DNA of 63,729 nucleotides, counting the filler, from Octopus bimaculoides (taxonomy: Eukaryota), in assembly GCF_001194135.2 (NCBI RefSeq). It is 4 parts of 4 records of this genome, joined end to end, with 100 filler letters (N's around TTAATTAATTAA, not from the genome) between each part and the next. Parts side by side here need not be neighbours in the genome. Positions count along the whole stretch, not along the records: positions 33,925 to 55,414 come from NC_068986.1; 3 more parts are not named here. One strand, given 5' to 3'. The first letter of the stretch is position 1; every line of letters begins with the position of its first letter. Below the pieces are notes generated by a model, which worked only from the letters and a program-made list of their open reading frames with translations, made no database searches and was not told where the DNA came from. Both the position numbers and the translations under genes were made by a program. Shown here piece by piece: positions 34,458 through 45,824 of the stretch.

Positions 34458-34714
34458 CTATGAAAGGAAGATTGAGAAAGTCAGACAAAGAAAGGAAAGA
34501 AGCAGATGACACATAAACAAGCAGACATATAAACACTTCCCCCACACACACGCACGCACATACGCACATACGCACACACACACGCACACACATTCCCACA
34601 CACATCCATACCTCAATATCTTTAGTAAGCATGATAGACATTCAACTAATAGACCAAAGTTTTATATTTTTTTGTAAAAGAAAGCTACATTTGTTTCATA
34701 TTGTATTTTATGAG

Positions 34715-34905
34715 GACAGAAAATCAGAGAATCTCCGTACGGTTGGAGAGGGCCTTCTAAACTTGTTGCCAAATGGTAACAATCTGTATTACATGTGATG
34801 ATGTTGCTAAGAAGTTTCAGTACATTTCCTTGTCAAATGATACCGTCGCAAGTGGAAATAATGATATTTCGAGAGATCTTAAAGAACAATTGGTTTCCGC
34901 AACGT
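34715..34905 (+). mobile_element. hAT (Charlie/ZBED-like) transposase fragment
   Basis: KKFQYISLSNDTVAS..DISRDLKEQLVS matches the SLSNDTV.RRI..D.K.QL motif. Confidence 0.7.
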
Positions 34906-35040
34906 AATCAGGTGGAATATTTGATCGATAACTGTAAATAAACAAACTCAATTTACGGTTAATGTGTGCTACTTTGGTGGAATGCAAAGGGCATTTTATT
35001 CTCTAGTTCTTTTTCTACTTCAATTGATGGAAATTATATT

Positions 35041-35252
35041 GGTTTCAAATTTTGGCCCAAGGCCAGCCATTTCAGGGGAGGTAAATCGATTATATCGACT
35101 CCAGTGCTCAAACTGGTATTTATTTTATCGACCCCGAAAGGATAAAAGGAAATGTCGATCTCGGTGAAATTTGAACTCAGAACTTAAAGACGGATGAAAT
35201 ACCGCAAAATTATTTTGTCCGGCGCATTAACGATCCTGCTAGCTCACCACCT
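35041..35252 (-). mobile_element. Family C SINE
   Basis: Reverse complement of the 48995-49208 family. Confidence 0.8.
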
Positions 35253-35516
35253 TACAAATAGAAATAATATTATTAAAGAGGACTTCAACTGGGTTAAGTG
35301 TGTCAGCGTATGTATCGACGCATACTGGCAATTCTTGGAGCTCGTCAAGAGTTTTCCATAAAAGTAAATTAAACGAATCTTCATATTAAAATTTTGCTCT
35401 GTGATCGACCAGATCACGCATAAAGAAAATCAAAATCAAAACCCAAATCTTTCAACAACCGACTCTTTAGCGATTTTCTTTATATGTTCCATTAAATTCG
35501 AATATAAACATTTATT

Positions 35517-36808
35517 ATATAGTGTCCATAAAGTCTCTTTACAATTTCAACAATTTATTACAAAGGCAATTGATGAGATATGTTTATCAGATTTGCTCTC
35601 TGTACTCAGTAGTTATGAAAGATTTTAACCACATTGAATTTGTGATTTTCAGGTACCCTGTTGATAGAAAAGGTTGGGTTAAATGAAACCCTAAAAAATG
35701 GCTACTCCTCAAGAAAAGGAACACTGTTATGGTGGTTTATTGAAACAAAGTCTGACATGCAGACCCAGTGACACTACAGGATTAAGCATGGAATACATCC
35801 ACTGTCACGTCCGTCAGTTCGTGCATGGCACAAGAAACTTATGGAAACAGGAACAGTGTTGGATAAAGGGAAGAGTGGACGACCAAAATTATTTGAGGAA
35901 AACATCGATCGTAAAAGACAAGCCATTGCTAATTCTTCTACAAAGTCCATAGTATTGTTTCTAGACAGTTACAGCTACCACGTTCAATAGTGCACAAAAT
36001 CCTACACAAGAATTTGCGATTGTACTCTTACAAAGTGCAACTATTACAGGCACTCAAACCAAATGATAAACCAAGATGAAAAGAGTTTGTAGTTAACATG
36101 CTGGAACGAATTTCATGTTTCAGGGAAACTGAACACATATAATGTGAGGATCTGGGGATCAGAACATCCCCATGTGACAATGGAACTTCACCGAGATAGT
36201 CTAAAGGTGAACGTTTGGTGTGGGATGTTGTGCAATCGAATCATTGGCCCATTTTTTCTTCACAGAAAGATCAATTTCTGCAAATGTTTACCATGACTTT
36301 TTGACTGAATATGTGGCACCGCAACTGGATAACCTTCAGCCTACCATCGTTTTCCAGCAGGATGGTTCTCCACTACATTGGGGACTGCATCTTCATAGGT
36401 TCCTAAATCAAACATTTTCAGACTCTTGGATTGGAAGGGATGCCCCAATTACCTGGCCACCACGTTCCCCGGATATCACAAAACTGAACATTTTTGTATG
36501 GGATTATGTTAAAGACATTGTGTATCAAACAAAGATACAAGACATCAATGACCCGAAGCAAAGGGTCCCTGAATTCCATTGCAACCATTGACAGGGCTAT
36601 GCTACAGTGAACATGGCAGGAAATTGATCAGCACCTTGATGTGCTTCGTGCAACTAATGGTTCCCATATAGAGATGTATTAAATGAAGCAAAAAAAAAAA
36701 AAAAATTCAATATCTACTCCTTATTTTATAATAATTTTCACAGATTTATCTATTTATTTTCTTTGGTAATAAATTTTGAAATTGTAATAAGACTTTATGG
36801 ACACCCTG
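35517..36808 (+). mobile_element. Near full-length Tc1/mariner rosa-type (DD41D) element, pseudogenised
   Basis: About 48-bp TIRs (..GTGTCCATAAAGTC / GACTTTATGGACACCCTG|TA); frames give MATPQEK.., KVNVWCG..IIGPFFF, FQQDGSPLH-(41 aa after D)-WPPRSPDITKLN(D>N)IFVW; the first-D region is deleted near 36110. Confidence 0.9.
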
Positions 36809-36976
36809 TATAACTAAAAAAAAAAACGAGTGGGTTATGGAGCAAAAGTGTTCTGCAGTGAGCTGCAAATGAAGTAGTAATGTTTTTACTTTTATTTAAG
36901 AGCAAAGGATCATTCGTGAACTTCAAAATTTTCTAACCTATCCCAAAATATCTCTCTCACTTAAACAAATATTTTT

Positions 36977-37110
36977 AATATTAATATTTTAGAATCCCCT
37001 CTGCAGTATATCTAGTTCAAGTTAGTTTCCTAATAATCCAGCAAATATTAATATTTTAAATTCCCCTCTACAGTATATCTAGTTCAAGTTAGTTTCATAG
37101 TAATCCGGCA
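36977..37110. repeat. 67-bp tandem duplication
   Basis: 36977-37043 and 37044-37110, differing at a handful of positions. Confidence 0.9.
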
Positions 37111-37847
37111 TTAAACATATAAACACCAAGTAACTTGATAGGCAGCTGATTGTTAAGATTTCCTTTTTTTTTTTTCACTAAATCATGCCTTTTACTCGAA
37201 GTTTCGTTTTTAGTTGAAGCTCAGTCATCTTAATCGAAAACTAATCTGCACGAACTTATTCTAAGAAACTTGATCTTATTTGCAACCGACGATATATCTC
37301 TGGAGTAAAATTTCAGTAAGCGCAAATATGGTTTCGTCATATCTACTTAATTTTAATAGTAATTTCAAGTAACAAACTAATTAAACCTAGGAGGAAGAGA
37401 AAGCTTTATATATGTATAAAGGTGGCTGCTGAGATCCCGAAACTGAGACTGGATGATAATTTCCTATTTTAAAAAGGAACGGCAATTTTATGGCAGGGGA
37501 TTGCAATGAAATTTTAGCCCTTATGTTTTATGGAGACCGGGTTTGTGGGCTATGTGCTTATGAATATTTCTTCAATTCTGTTTCAAATGTTGGTATTTTA
37601 TAATATATTAAAATTTTATATTGTGTCAAAATTCCTACATACTAATCAAGCTGCGCAGAGAACAATAAACAACTAGAGAGAAACATATGAAACAACCTTT
37701 GCACCTACACACATTCTCTTCTGAACATCAAAGCATAAGATAAACAAATGGCCGGAAGTCAATGTCTGTAATATTCTTGTTTAAGAATAATATATCTATG
37801 TGTATGTATGTATGTATGCATTTATCTTCATTTACTTATATATATAC

Positions 37848-37878
<31 letters not shown>

Positions 37879-38132
37879 TACACGCATATATATATAATAT
37901 ATATATATAGCTGTTCGTTGCATATACATATATATTACGCATACATATTACACTCCTCACCATTAGGCTGGACAGTTAACGATCGTCGTTATCAGCTCAT
38001 TCCGTGACAAAACACTGAATAGATTGTTAACAACTGTTACTAATATATATGTTGTTATGTAGTGAATTGATTTCCTATATACATCAATGTTTGAACTATG
38101 CAAAATATTTTGAAATATTTCTTATGATTCTA

Positions 38133-38326
38133 AGGGGTCGAGCTGGCAGAATTCCTTTGCAGCGTTTCGTCCGTCTTTACGCTTAGAATTTAAATACAAC
38201 CGAGGTCGACTTTGCCTTTCCTCCTTTCGGGGTCGATAAAATAAGAACCAGTTGATCACAAAGGTCGAACTAATCGACTTACTTCCTCCTACGAATTTGC
38301 TGGCCTTGTGCCAAAATTTGAAACCG
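38133..38326 (+). mobile_element. Family C SINE (internally deleted)
   Basis: GAGCTGGCAGAA head, GAGGTCGACTTTGCCTTTCCTCCTTTCGGGGTCGATAAAATAAG core, GGCCTTGTGCCAAAATTTGAAAC tail. Confidence 0.85.
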
Positions 38327-38673
38327 ACATATTTTATAATTCTTACACTATGACTAAAACACATAAACACATATTCAAAAATAATATGACATATATGCGT
38401 AAATGCATTTGTGTGTGTGTGTGTGTGTAGTCAATTCAAATAAACGAATAAAATTAACGGACAACAAAAGGACGTGCATAAGGACTGTTTTAGCTTGACG
38501 CTCAGTGAAAAGAGAGAGTTTGACGCTTCGAGCATAGCTCTTCGTCCGAAAGCAGAAATGGAAAAGTCCAAAGAAGGAAAGGAAATCACCAACAACACGT
38601 GCGTGGTTACTTTTCAGAAGTGGTGTACACACACATATATGTATATGTGAGTGTGTGTGTGTGTATATATAAA

Positions 38674-39576
38674 TTTTACTTGTTTCAGTCACTAGACTGC
38701 AGCTATGCTGGGGCAACCCTTCGTAGAATTTGAGTCAAGCGAAACGATTCCAGTACTTATTTGTTAAAGCCTGGTACTTATTCTATTGGTTACTTTTGTC
38801 GAACCGCTAAGTGACAAAGATATAAAAACACCAACACCCTTGTCAAGCGGTTGTGAGGTGCAGGTGTGACAGTGTGGTAAGAAGTTTTCTTGTTAGCCAT
38901 ATGGTTCCGGGTTCAGTCTCATTGCATGGCACCCTGAGAAAGTGTCTTCTACTATAGCCTCGGGCCGACCAAAGCTTTGTGAGTGGATTTAGTAGACAAA
39001 AACTGGAAGAAATCCGTCGTGTATTACTCTTTTACTCTTTTACTTGTTTCAGTCATTTGACTGCGGCCATGCTGGAGCACCGCCTTTAGTCGAGCAAATC
39101 GACCCCAAAACTTATTCTTTGGAAGCCTAGTACTTATTCTATCGGTCGCTTTTGCCGAACCGCTAAGTTTCGGGGATGTAAACACACCACCATCGGTTGT
39201 CAAGCGATGTTGGGGGCACAAACACAGACACATATACACACACATACATANNNNNNNNNNNNNNNNNNNNNNNNNNNNNNNNNNNNNNNNNNNNNNNNNN
39301 NNNNNNNNNNNNNNNNNNNNNNNNNNNNNNNNNNNNNNNNNNNNNNNNNNNNNNNNNNNNNNNNNNNNNNNNNNNNATATATATATATATATATATATAT
39401 ACATACATATATACGACGGGCTTCTTTCAGTTTCTGTCTGCCAAATCAACTCACAAGGCTTTGGTCGACCCGAGGCTCCAGTAGAAGACACTTGCCCAAG
39501 GTGCCACGCAGTGGGAATGAACCCGAAATCATGTTGTTGGTAAGCAAGCTACTTACCACACAGCCACTCATGCGGC
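38674..39576. mobile_element. Cluster of family B SINEs: minus 3' half (38674-38850), plus 5' half (38870-39020), minus full copy (39027-39576)
   Basis: Each part aligns to 6700-7028 or to the family tail. Confidence 0.85.
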
Positions 39577-39983
39577 TTTAGAAGTAGAACCAATTTATTG
39601 CAGATAAATTTTAACAACGAAATCTTATATGGATGCCCAAGAGCCATATTGGTACCCTGAGCTATATGAACCCTGGTTGAGAACCACAGATGTAAAGGCT
39701 CACGCTAGAAATTAACTATGTTGATGCGGCAACGAATATTAGTTGGTATTGAATAAGAAGCTAACCTTTGCTATCTCGTTGGGTGATATGGGTCAGAAAA
39801 ACTTGGTTATATACATATTCATAAAAAGTGAGCGGCGGTATGAAAATAGATAGATAGATAGATAAATAGATAGACTGATAGATTGATATATATAGAGAGG
39901 TGCAGTGGGAGGGAAATCTTGGGGTTTGTGATTCTAATATAACAACAACAACAACAATGACAATATAAGAAAAAAACATTTAC

Positions 39984-40078
39984 CTTCTGTTTTGAAACCA
40001 AGTCTTTATTTGAGTTTCGGACAGCTGTAACGCTTGGGAGAGCTCGACTCTTTTGCTGACGCTCAGATATTTATCATT
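39984..40078 (-). CDS. Abox: Abox/ceh-19-type homeodomain, helix 2-3 exon ([31 protein letters not shown](R))
   Basis: Acceptor (tta)n-ttcag, donor AG|gtaaat, 95 nt, WFQNR motif; DKYLSV.KR.ELS signature as in ceh-19/CG34031 (recalled, not searched). Confidence 0.93.
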
Positions 40079-40081
<3 letters not shown>

Positions 40082-40130
<49 letters not shown>

Positions 40131-40150
40131 GTAATAATGATAATAATAAT
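40082..40150. repeat. (AAT)n microsatellite, 5' flank of the Dong element and intronic tract of the homeobox acceptor
   Basis: Direct reading. Confidence 0.95.
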
Positions 40151-40867
40151 AAGCTGAAACTATAGACCACCTAATCTCAGGGTGTAGAGTCTTAGCGCCT
40201 GTAGAATATAAAGCAAGACATGACAGAGTTAGCCAGTATTTACACTGGACAATATGTCAGCATTATAAAATCAAAACCGCTGACAAATGGTATAAACACC
40301 ATCCTGAAGCTGTGACTGAAGGAGAAAATGTATCGATTCTCTGGGACTTCCCCGTACATACCGACAAGGCTATAAAAGCTAATGAACTTGATATTATTAT
40401 AAAAGATCAGACAAAGAAGACGTGTTTATTAATTGACATGAGTATTCCCTGTGATCACAATATAGCGGCGAAAGAATTTGACGAGATCAGTAAATATAAA
40501 TACTTGCTAATAGAAATTGAAAAAATGTGGCACCTCAAGGTGACTACCGTACCAATGATTGTAGGATCTCTAGGAATGATTAAAAAAAAGGTACTGAAAC
40601 CTATTTGAAAATGACACCAGGCTTACCATCCCTACAGGAAGTGCAAAAAATCGTGTTAACTGGAACGACTCATGTACCGAGAACAGCATTATCGCTGTGA
40701 AAACAACATCCATTCATGAATTTTTTTTTTCTAAATACATATTTTACCTGTGAATTTGCGTGTGTAAACTGGGAATGCATACAACGAGTTTCTCTGCCTT
40801 AGGTGTACGGAAAACATTCGGCGAGAAATGGAAGAAAATTTGAAGAAGAAAAAAACAACAACAACAT

Positions 40868-40868
<1 letters not shown>
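40151..40868 (+). mobile_element. 5'-truncated R4/Dong-clade non-LTR retrotransposon (restriction-like endonuclease end)
   Basis: [68 protein letters not shown], one frameshift in an A run, stop at 40698-40700; (AAT)n on both sides. Confidence 0.9.
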
Positions 40869-40914
<46 letters not shown>

Positions 40915-40920
40915 TAATAA
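40869..40920. repeat. (AAT)n microsatellite, 3' flank of the Dong element
   Basis: Direct reading. Confidence 0.95.
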
Positions 40921-41314
40921 TGGCGACACGACGACGATGGTGATGATGATGATGATTTCTTGACCATTGAGGGTTTAGAATAAGACTAAGAACTCTGCAG
41001 GAAAATACTGCACAATAAAATGAAAAGTTACGTAAAAGTCTGTAAACAATAAAATAGCAACAAAAAAGAAACAAAAAAAATCAACATGAAATAATTCCCC
41101 CCAAATGGGTAAACTTTTGAGGTCTGTTCGTGGAAATTCCACAAAGTCACAGTGATTTTGACTGTTGTGACAAGTACCTTCTCCCTATTCTCCTCCGCTC
41201 AATCGACAGTCGATGCTCAGAACAGGCTCGCTCACTCTGATCACTCTTTCCATTCCTAACCACTTTTCAACAAATTTGCTGAAAGGCAGCACTTCCCTCT
41301 CCACATTCGCTTAC

Positions 41315-41457
41315 CTTTCCAAGTGAAACTTGAAATAGCTGGAAAGGGTTAAGCCAAATGTGAAGCTGTCTGTCTTCAGCTCTTTCAGTGTAGCCCATCA
41401 CACAACCCCTTTCGCTTAGGCTACCAGACAGATAGGACTTTGTTTGATCAGGATAAG
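41315..41457 (-). other. Orphan exon candidate, 143 nt
   Basis: Branch-like CTGAC plus tttttccacag acceptor, AG|gtaagc donor; single open frame (A)YPDQTKSYLSG..LHIWLNPFQLFQVSLGK, phase 1 in and phase 0 out. Confidence 0.45.
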
Positions 41458-41512
41458 CTGTGGAAAAACGCGTCAGACAAACAGGGACCACGTCATTATT
41501 CTTATATTCCTT

Positions 41513-41927
41513 TAATTGTTTCAGTCATTTGACTGCGGCCATGCTGGAGCACCGACTTTAATCGAACAAATCGATCCCAGGACTTATTCTTTGTAAGCCT
41601 AGTACTTATTCTATCGATCTCCTTGGCCGAACCGCTAAGTTACGGGGACATAACCACACCAACATCGGTTGTCAAGCGATGGTGGGGAACAAACACAGAC
41701 ACACAAACATATACAAATATATATGTGTGTGTGTGTGTAAATATATATATATATATATATATACGACGGACTTCTTTCAGTTTTCGTCTACTAAATCCAC
41801 TCACAAGGCTTTGATCGGCCCGAGGCTATAGTAGGAGACACTTGTCCAAGGTGCCACGTAGTAGGACTGAAACCGGAACCATGTGGTTGGTAAGCAAGCT
41901 ACTAACAACATAGCCACTCCTACGCCT
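41513..41927 (-). mobile_element. Family B SINE, full length
   Basis: Complete head, internal TG/TA run and tail. Confidence 0.9.
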
Positions 41928-41960
41928 ATTGTTAATAATAATAACAATAATCCTTTATAC

Positions 41961-42135
41961 TAAAGGCATAAGGCCTAAAATTTTGGGGGAGGGGACCAGA
42001 CGATTTTATCGACTCCAGTGTTTCACTGGTTCTTATTTTATCGACCCTGAAAGAGATTAAAAGCAAAGTCAACCCCGGCAGAATTTAAACTCAGAATGTA
42101 AAGACGTACAAAATGTCGCTAATCATTTTGCTCGG
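41961..42135 (-). mobile_element. Family C SINE
   Basis: Reverse complement of the 48995-49208 family. Confidence 0.75.
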
Positions 42136-43078
42136 CATACTAATTCCGGAAATTTCCGAGGATTGAACTTCCTGGAAAGTTCCGAGGTATTCCTAGGAAG
42201 TTCCTAGATCTACCTTGAAAGTTCCGAGGATGAACTACTTCCTGGAAAGTTCCGAGGATGGGATTTCCTGGTAAGTTCCGAGATCTACATGGAAAGTTCC
42301 TTGAACGTTCCGAGGGATTCCTGGAAACTTCCATGGGGAGGTATTTCCTGGAAAGTTACGAGGATGGGGTTTCCTTGAAACTTCCGAGGATGAACTACTT
42401 CCTGGAAACTTCTGATGGTGGTACTTCATGGAAAGTTCCGGCGAAGAATTACTTATTGGAAAGTTCTGAGGATGGGATTTCATGGAAAGTCCCGAGGATG
42501 AACTAGTTCCTGGAAAGTTCCGGTGATGGTACTTCGAAAGTTCAAAGGATGATATTTCCTGGAAGGTTCCGAGGTTTAACTACTTCCNNNNNNNNNNNNN
42601 NNNNNNNNNNNNNNNNNNNNNNNNNNNNNNNNNNNNNNNNNNNNNNNNNNNNNNNNNNNNNNNNNNNNNNNNNNNNNNNNNNNNNNNNNNNNNNNNNNNN
42701 NNNNNNNNNNNNNNNNNNNNNNNNNNNNNNNNNNNNNNNNNNNNNNNNNNNNNNNNNNNNNNNNNNNNNNNNNNNNNNNNNNNNNNNNNNNNNNNNNNNN
42801 NNNNNNNNNNNNNNNNNNNNNNNAGAATTTAAACTCAGAATGTAAAGACGTACAAAATGTCGCTAATCATTTTGCTCGGCATACTAATTCCGGAAATTTC
42901 CGAGGATTGAACTTCCTGGAAAGTTCCGAGGTATTCCTAGGAAGTTCCTAGATCTACCTTGAAAGTTCCGAGGATGAACTACTTCCTGGAAAGTTCCGAG
43001 GATGGGATTTCCTGGTAGTACTTCCTGGAACGTTCCGGGAAAGAATTACTTCCTGGAAAGTTCCAAGGATGGGATTTC
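42136..43078. repeat. Minisatellite of about 20-28-bp units around GGAAAGTTCC, broken by a gap
   Basis: More than 15 variants of (CCT)GGAAAGTTCCGAGGATG in 42136-42587, more in 42880-43078. Confidence 0.9.
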
Positions 43079-43958
43079 GTGGAAAGATGGGCTGAGAATA
43101 ATAATATGCAGTTTAATGCTGAAAAATTCCAAGCCCTGCGCTGCCAGCGTCCAAGACTGAATATGAAACTTACAGGGTACACTGGTCCACAGGGGATTAC
43201 AATCCCAGAACCTAAATCAGTGAGGGACCTGGGTATATTCATGAGTGATGATATCTCTTTCCAAGTGCACATTACCAGGATGATGACGAAGTGCTGTCGA
43301 CTGGCTGGATGGATCCTGAGAACTTCAGAACCAGAGAAAGGAATATCATAATGGTCCTCAGCCGCATGGATTACTGCTCCCAACTATGGTTACCCAACAG
43401 TGTAAAACTAACTGCGGACCTTGAAGCAATCCAACGAAGCTTCACAAAGAAGACTGTCTCATTGCAACAGCTCAGCTACTGAGAAAGGCTGAAACAGCTA
43501 AGACTCTACTCCCTGGAGCGAAGGCGGGATAGGTATGCAGCAATATACATCTGGAAGATCCTGAAAGGAATTGCGCCAAATTTTGGCATTGAAAGATACA
43601 TCAATGCCAGAACGGGTGGACATTGCATAGTGCCAAAGATCCCAGCAATGCCATCGCGCTTCAGGAGCAGTTACTACAAAAGCCTGGGTTTCAGGGGTCC
43701 ACAGATTTTTAATATTCTCCCAAAGAGCCTGAGGGAGCTACGCAAAGTGGATGTTGGTGTTTTTAAGTCACAACTGGACCCCTTCCTGTCGGGAGCCCCA
43801 GATGAACCTACCTCACGGCAAGAGGGGAAAATGAGGGTAGCGGCATCAAACTCTTCACCAAATGCCACATATTAGAGGAAGCTCTCAGTAATAACAGTGT
43901 AGCAAAACGGCGGTGCCCCAGCATGGCCACAGCTCTGAGCTGAAACTACAACAATGAA
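43079..43958 (+). mobile_element. 5'-truncated CR1-group LINE with intact 3' tail
   Basis: RWAENNNMQFNAEKFQAL..VRDLGIFMSDD..SRMDYCSQLW..LEAIQRSFTK..SY*ERLKQLRLYSLERRRDRY..FKSQLDPFLSGAPDEP; tail GGCGGTGCCCCAGCATGGCCACAGCTCTGAGCTGAAAC. Confidence 0.92.
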
Positions 43959-45445
43959 CATGTTTATATATGNNNNNNNNNNNNNNNNNNNNNNNNNNNN
44001 NNNNNNNNNNNNNNNNNNNNNNNNNNNNNNNNNNNNNNNNNNNNNNNNNNNNNNNNNNNNNNNNNNNNNNNNNNNNNNNNNNNNNNNNNNNNNNNNNNNN
44101 NNNNNNNNNNNNNNNNNNNNNNNNNNNNNNNNNNNNNNNNNNNNNNNNNNNNNNNNNNNNNNNNNNNNNNNNNNNNNNNNNNNNNNNNNNNNNNNNNNNN
44201 NNNNNNNNNNNNNNNNNNNNNNNNNNNNNNNNNNNNNNNNNNNNNNNNNNNNNNNNNNNNNNNNNNNNNNNNNNNNNNNNNNNNNNNNNNNNNNNNNNNN
44301 NNNNNNNNNNNNNNNNNNNNNNNNNNNNNNNNNNNNNNNNNNNNNNNNNNNNNNNNNNNNTATATATTCATATGCATATATATGTGTGTGCGTATGTGTT
44401 TGTGTGTGTGTGTGCTCCTGGCTATATTTATCCCTATATATATTTATATATATAAATGTGTATGTATATCAAGCCCAAGATTTTTTAACTGCATCACTAC
44501 ATACATACATACATACATACAAACATACATACATATGCTGTAGTACTATTACAGGTTTCTTCGATGACTAAAGTATTCTTGTTGTAAATGCTGAACTCTG
44601 AAATGATTATCCTAAGGTAAAACCTCAACACATTATATAATGTTGGGGTTAATTTTGAAATACTATCATTTTTACGTTGTTACAGAGTTAAGCATTTGAT
44701 AGTTTATTCTTGGGAAACAGTCTCTATTTACATAAAGCAAGTCGTTTGCATTTTACATAAAGTCCCTTACATTTTATCAATATATAAAGCTGTTTTTTTT
44801 TTTACATTTTACATTTTTGGGGTGAGGCACGTTGAATATACGCTGTCTTTCCAAAATGGAAACACTACCACCTCAGCGGGACACGTTCCTTAACACACCT
44901 TATCAAAAATATGTGACTTTACAGTCTATGCGGATCTGCGCTTGGTTAAGCAACAGAAGCACGCTGTAATAATAAGACTACTAGAATAATAAAGTTGTAT
45001 ACCGCCACAAGACACCGTGAAGATAATTAAAATCATGTCTAAAGCCATGTGAAAGGCATTTTTCACAAAGACTTCGTATCCATTCTACTATTCTACCTGG
45101 CTCTGACATTACTGACAAATCTATTAAATAAAATTGCCAATGATTAGTAATCGTCCAGAGCAACCATAAGCAATGTCTTCTGTGTGAATACATCGTTGTA
45201 AAACCTTCTACATATTACTCTGACAAAACCTACGATTGGCTTAATATTAAATAATTAACAACAATATTAATGGTGTTTTCAGCCGAGACGTAAATGCTAG
45301 AGAACCGTGTAATAGGCTACTAAAAGAAGTTACATGTTAATTCAAACTGAGAACATTCAATTAGTTTAAGGTACTGGGATCATAGAATTAAATCACAACC
45401 ATCCCTCCAAATATTTAGGAGTAGATAACGTTGATGAAATATATT

Positions 45446-45824
45446 TTGTTGTTGGCACTCCGTCGCTTACGACGTCAATAGTTCCAGTTGATCAACGGAA
45501 CAGCCTGCTCGTGAAATTAACGTGCAAGTGACTGAGCACTCCACAGACACGTGTACCCTTTATGTATTTCTCGGGGATATTCAGCGTGACACAGTGTGAC
45601 AAAGCTGGCCCTTTGAAATACAGGTACAACAGAAACAAGAAGAAAGAGTGAGATAAAGTTGTGGTGAAAGAGTACAGCAGGGTCCGCCACCATCCCCTGC
45701 CGGAGCCTTGTGGAGCTTTAGGTGTTTTCGCTCACTAAACACTCACAACGCCCGGTCTGGGAATCGAAACCGCGATCCTATGACCGCGAGTCCGCTGCCC
45801 TAACCACTGGGCCATTGCGCCTCC
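45446..45824 (-). mobile_element. Full-length family A SINE
   Basis: Close reverse complement of 4136-4508. Confidence 0.93.

Noticed and set aside
42136-42587. CRISPR-like repeat array
   Set aside because: There are no unique spacers, the units are degenerate and variable in length, the context is eukaryotic, and no cas genes are present.
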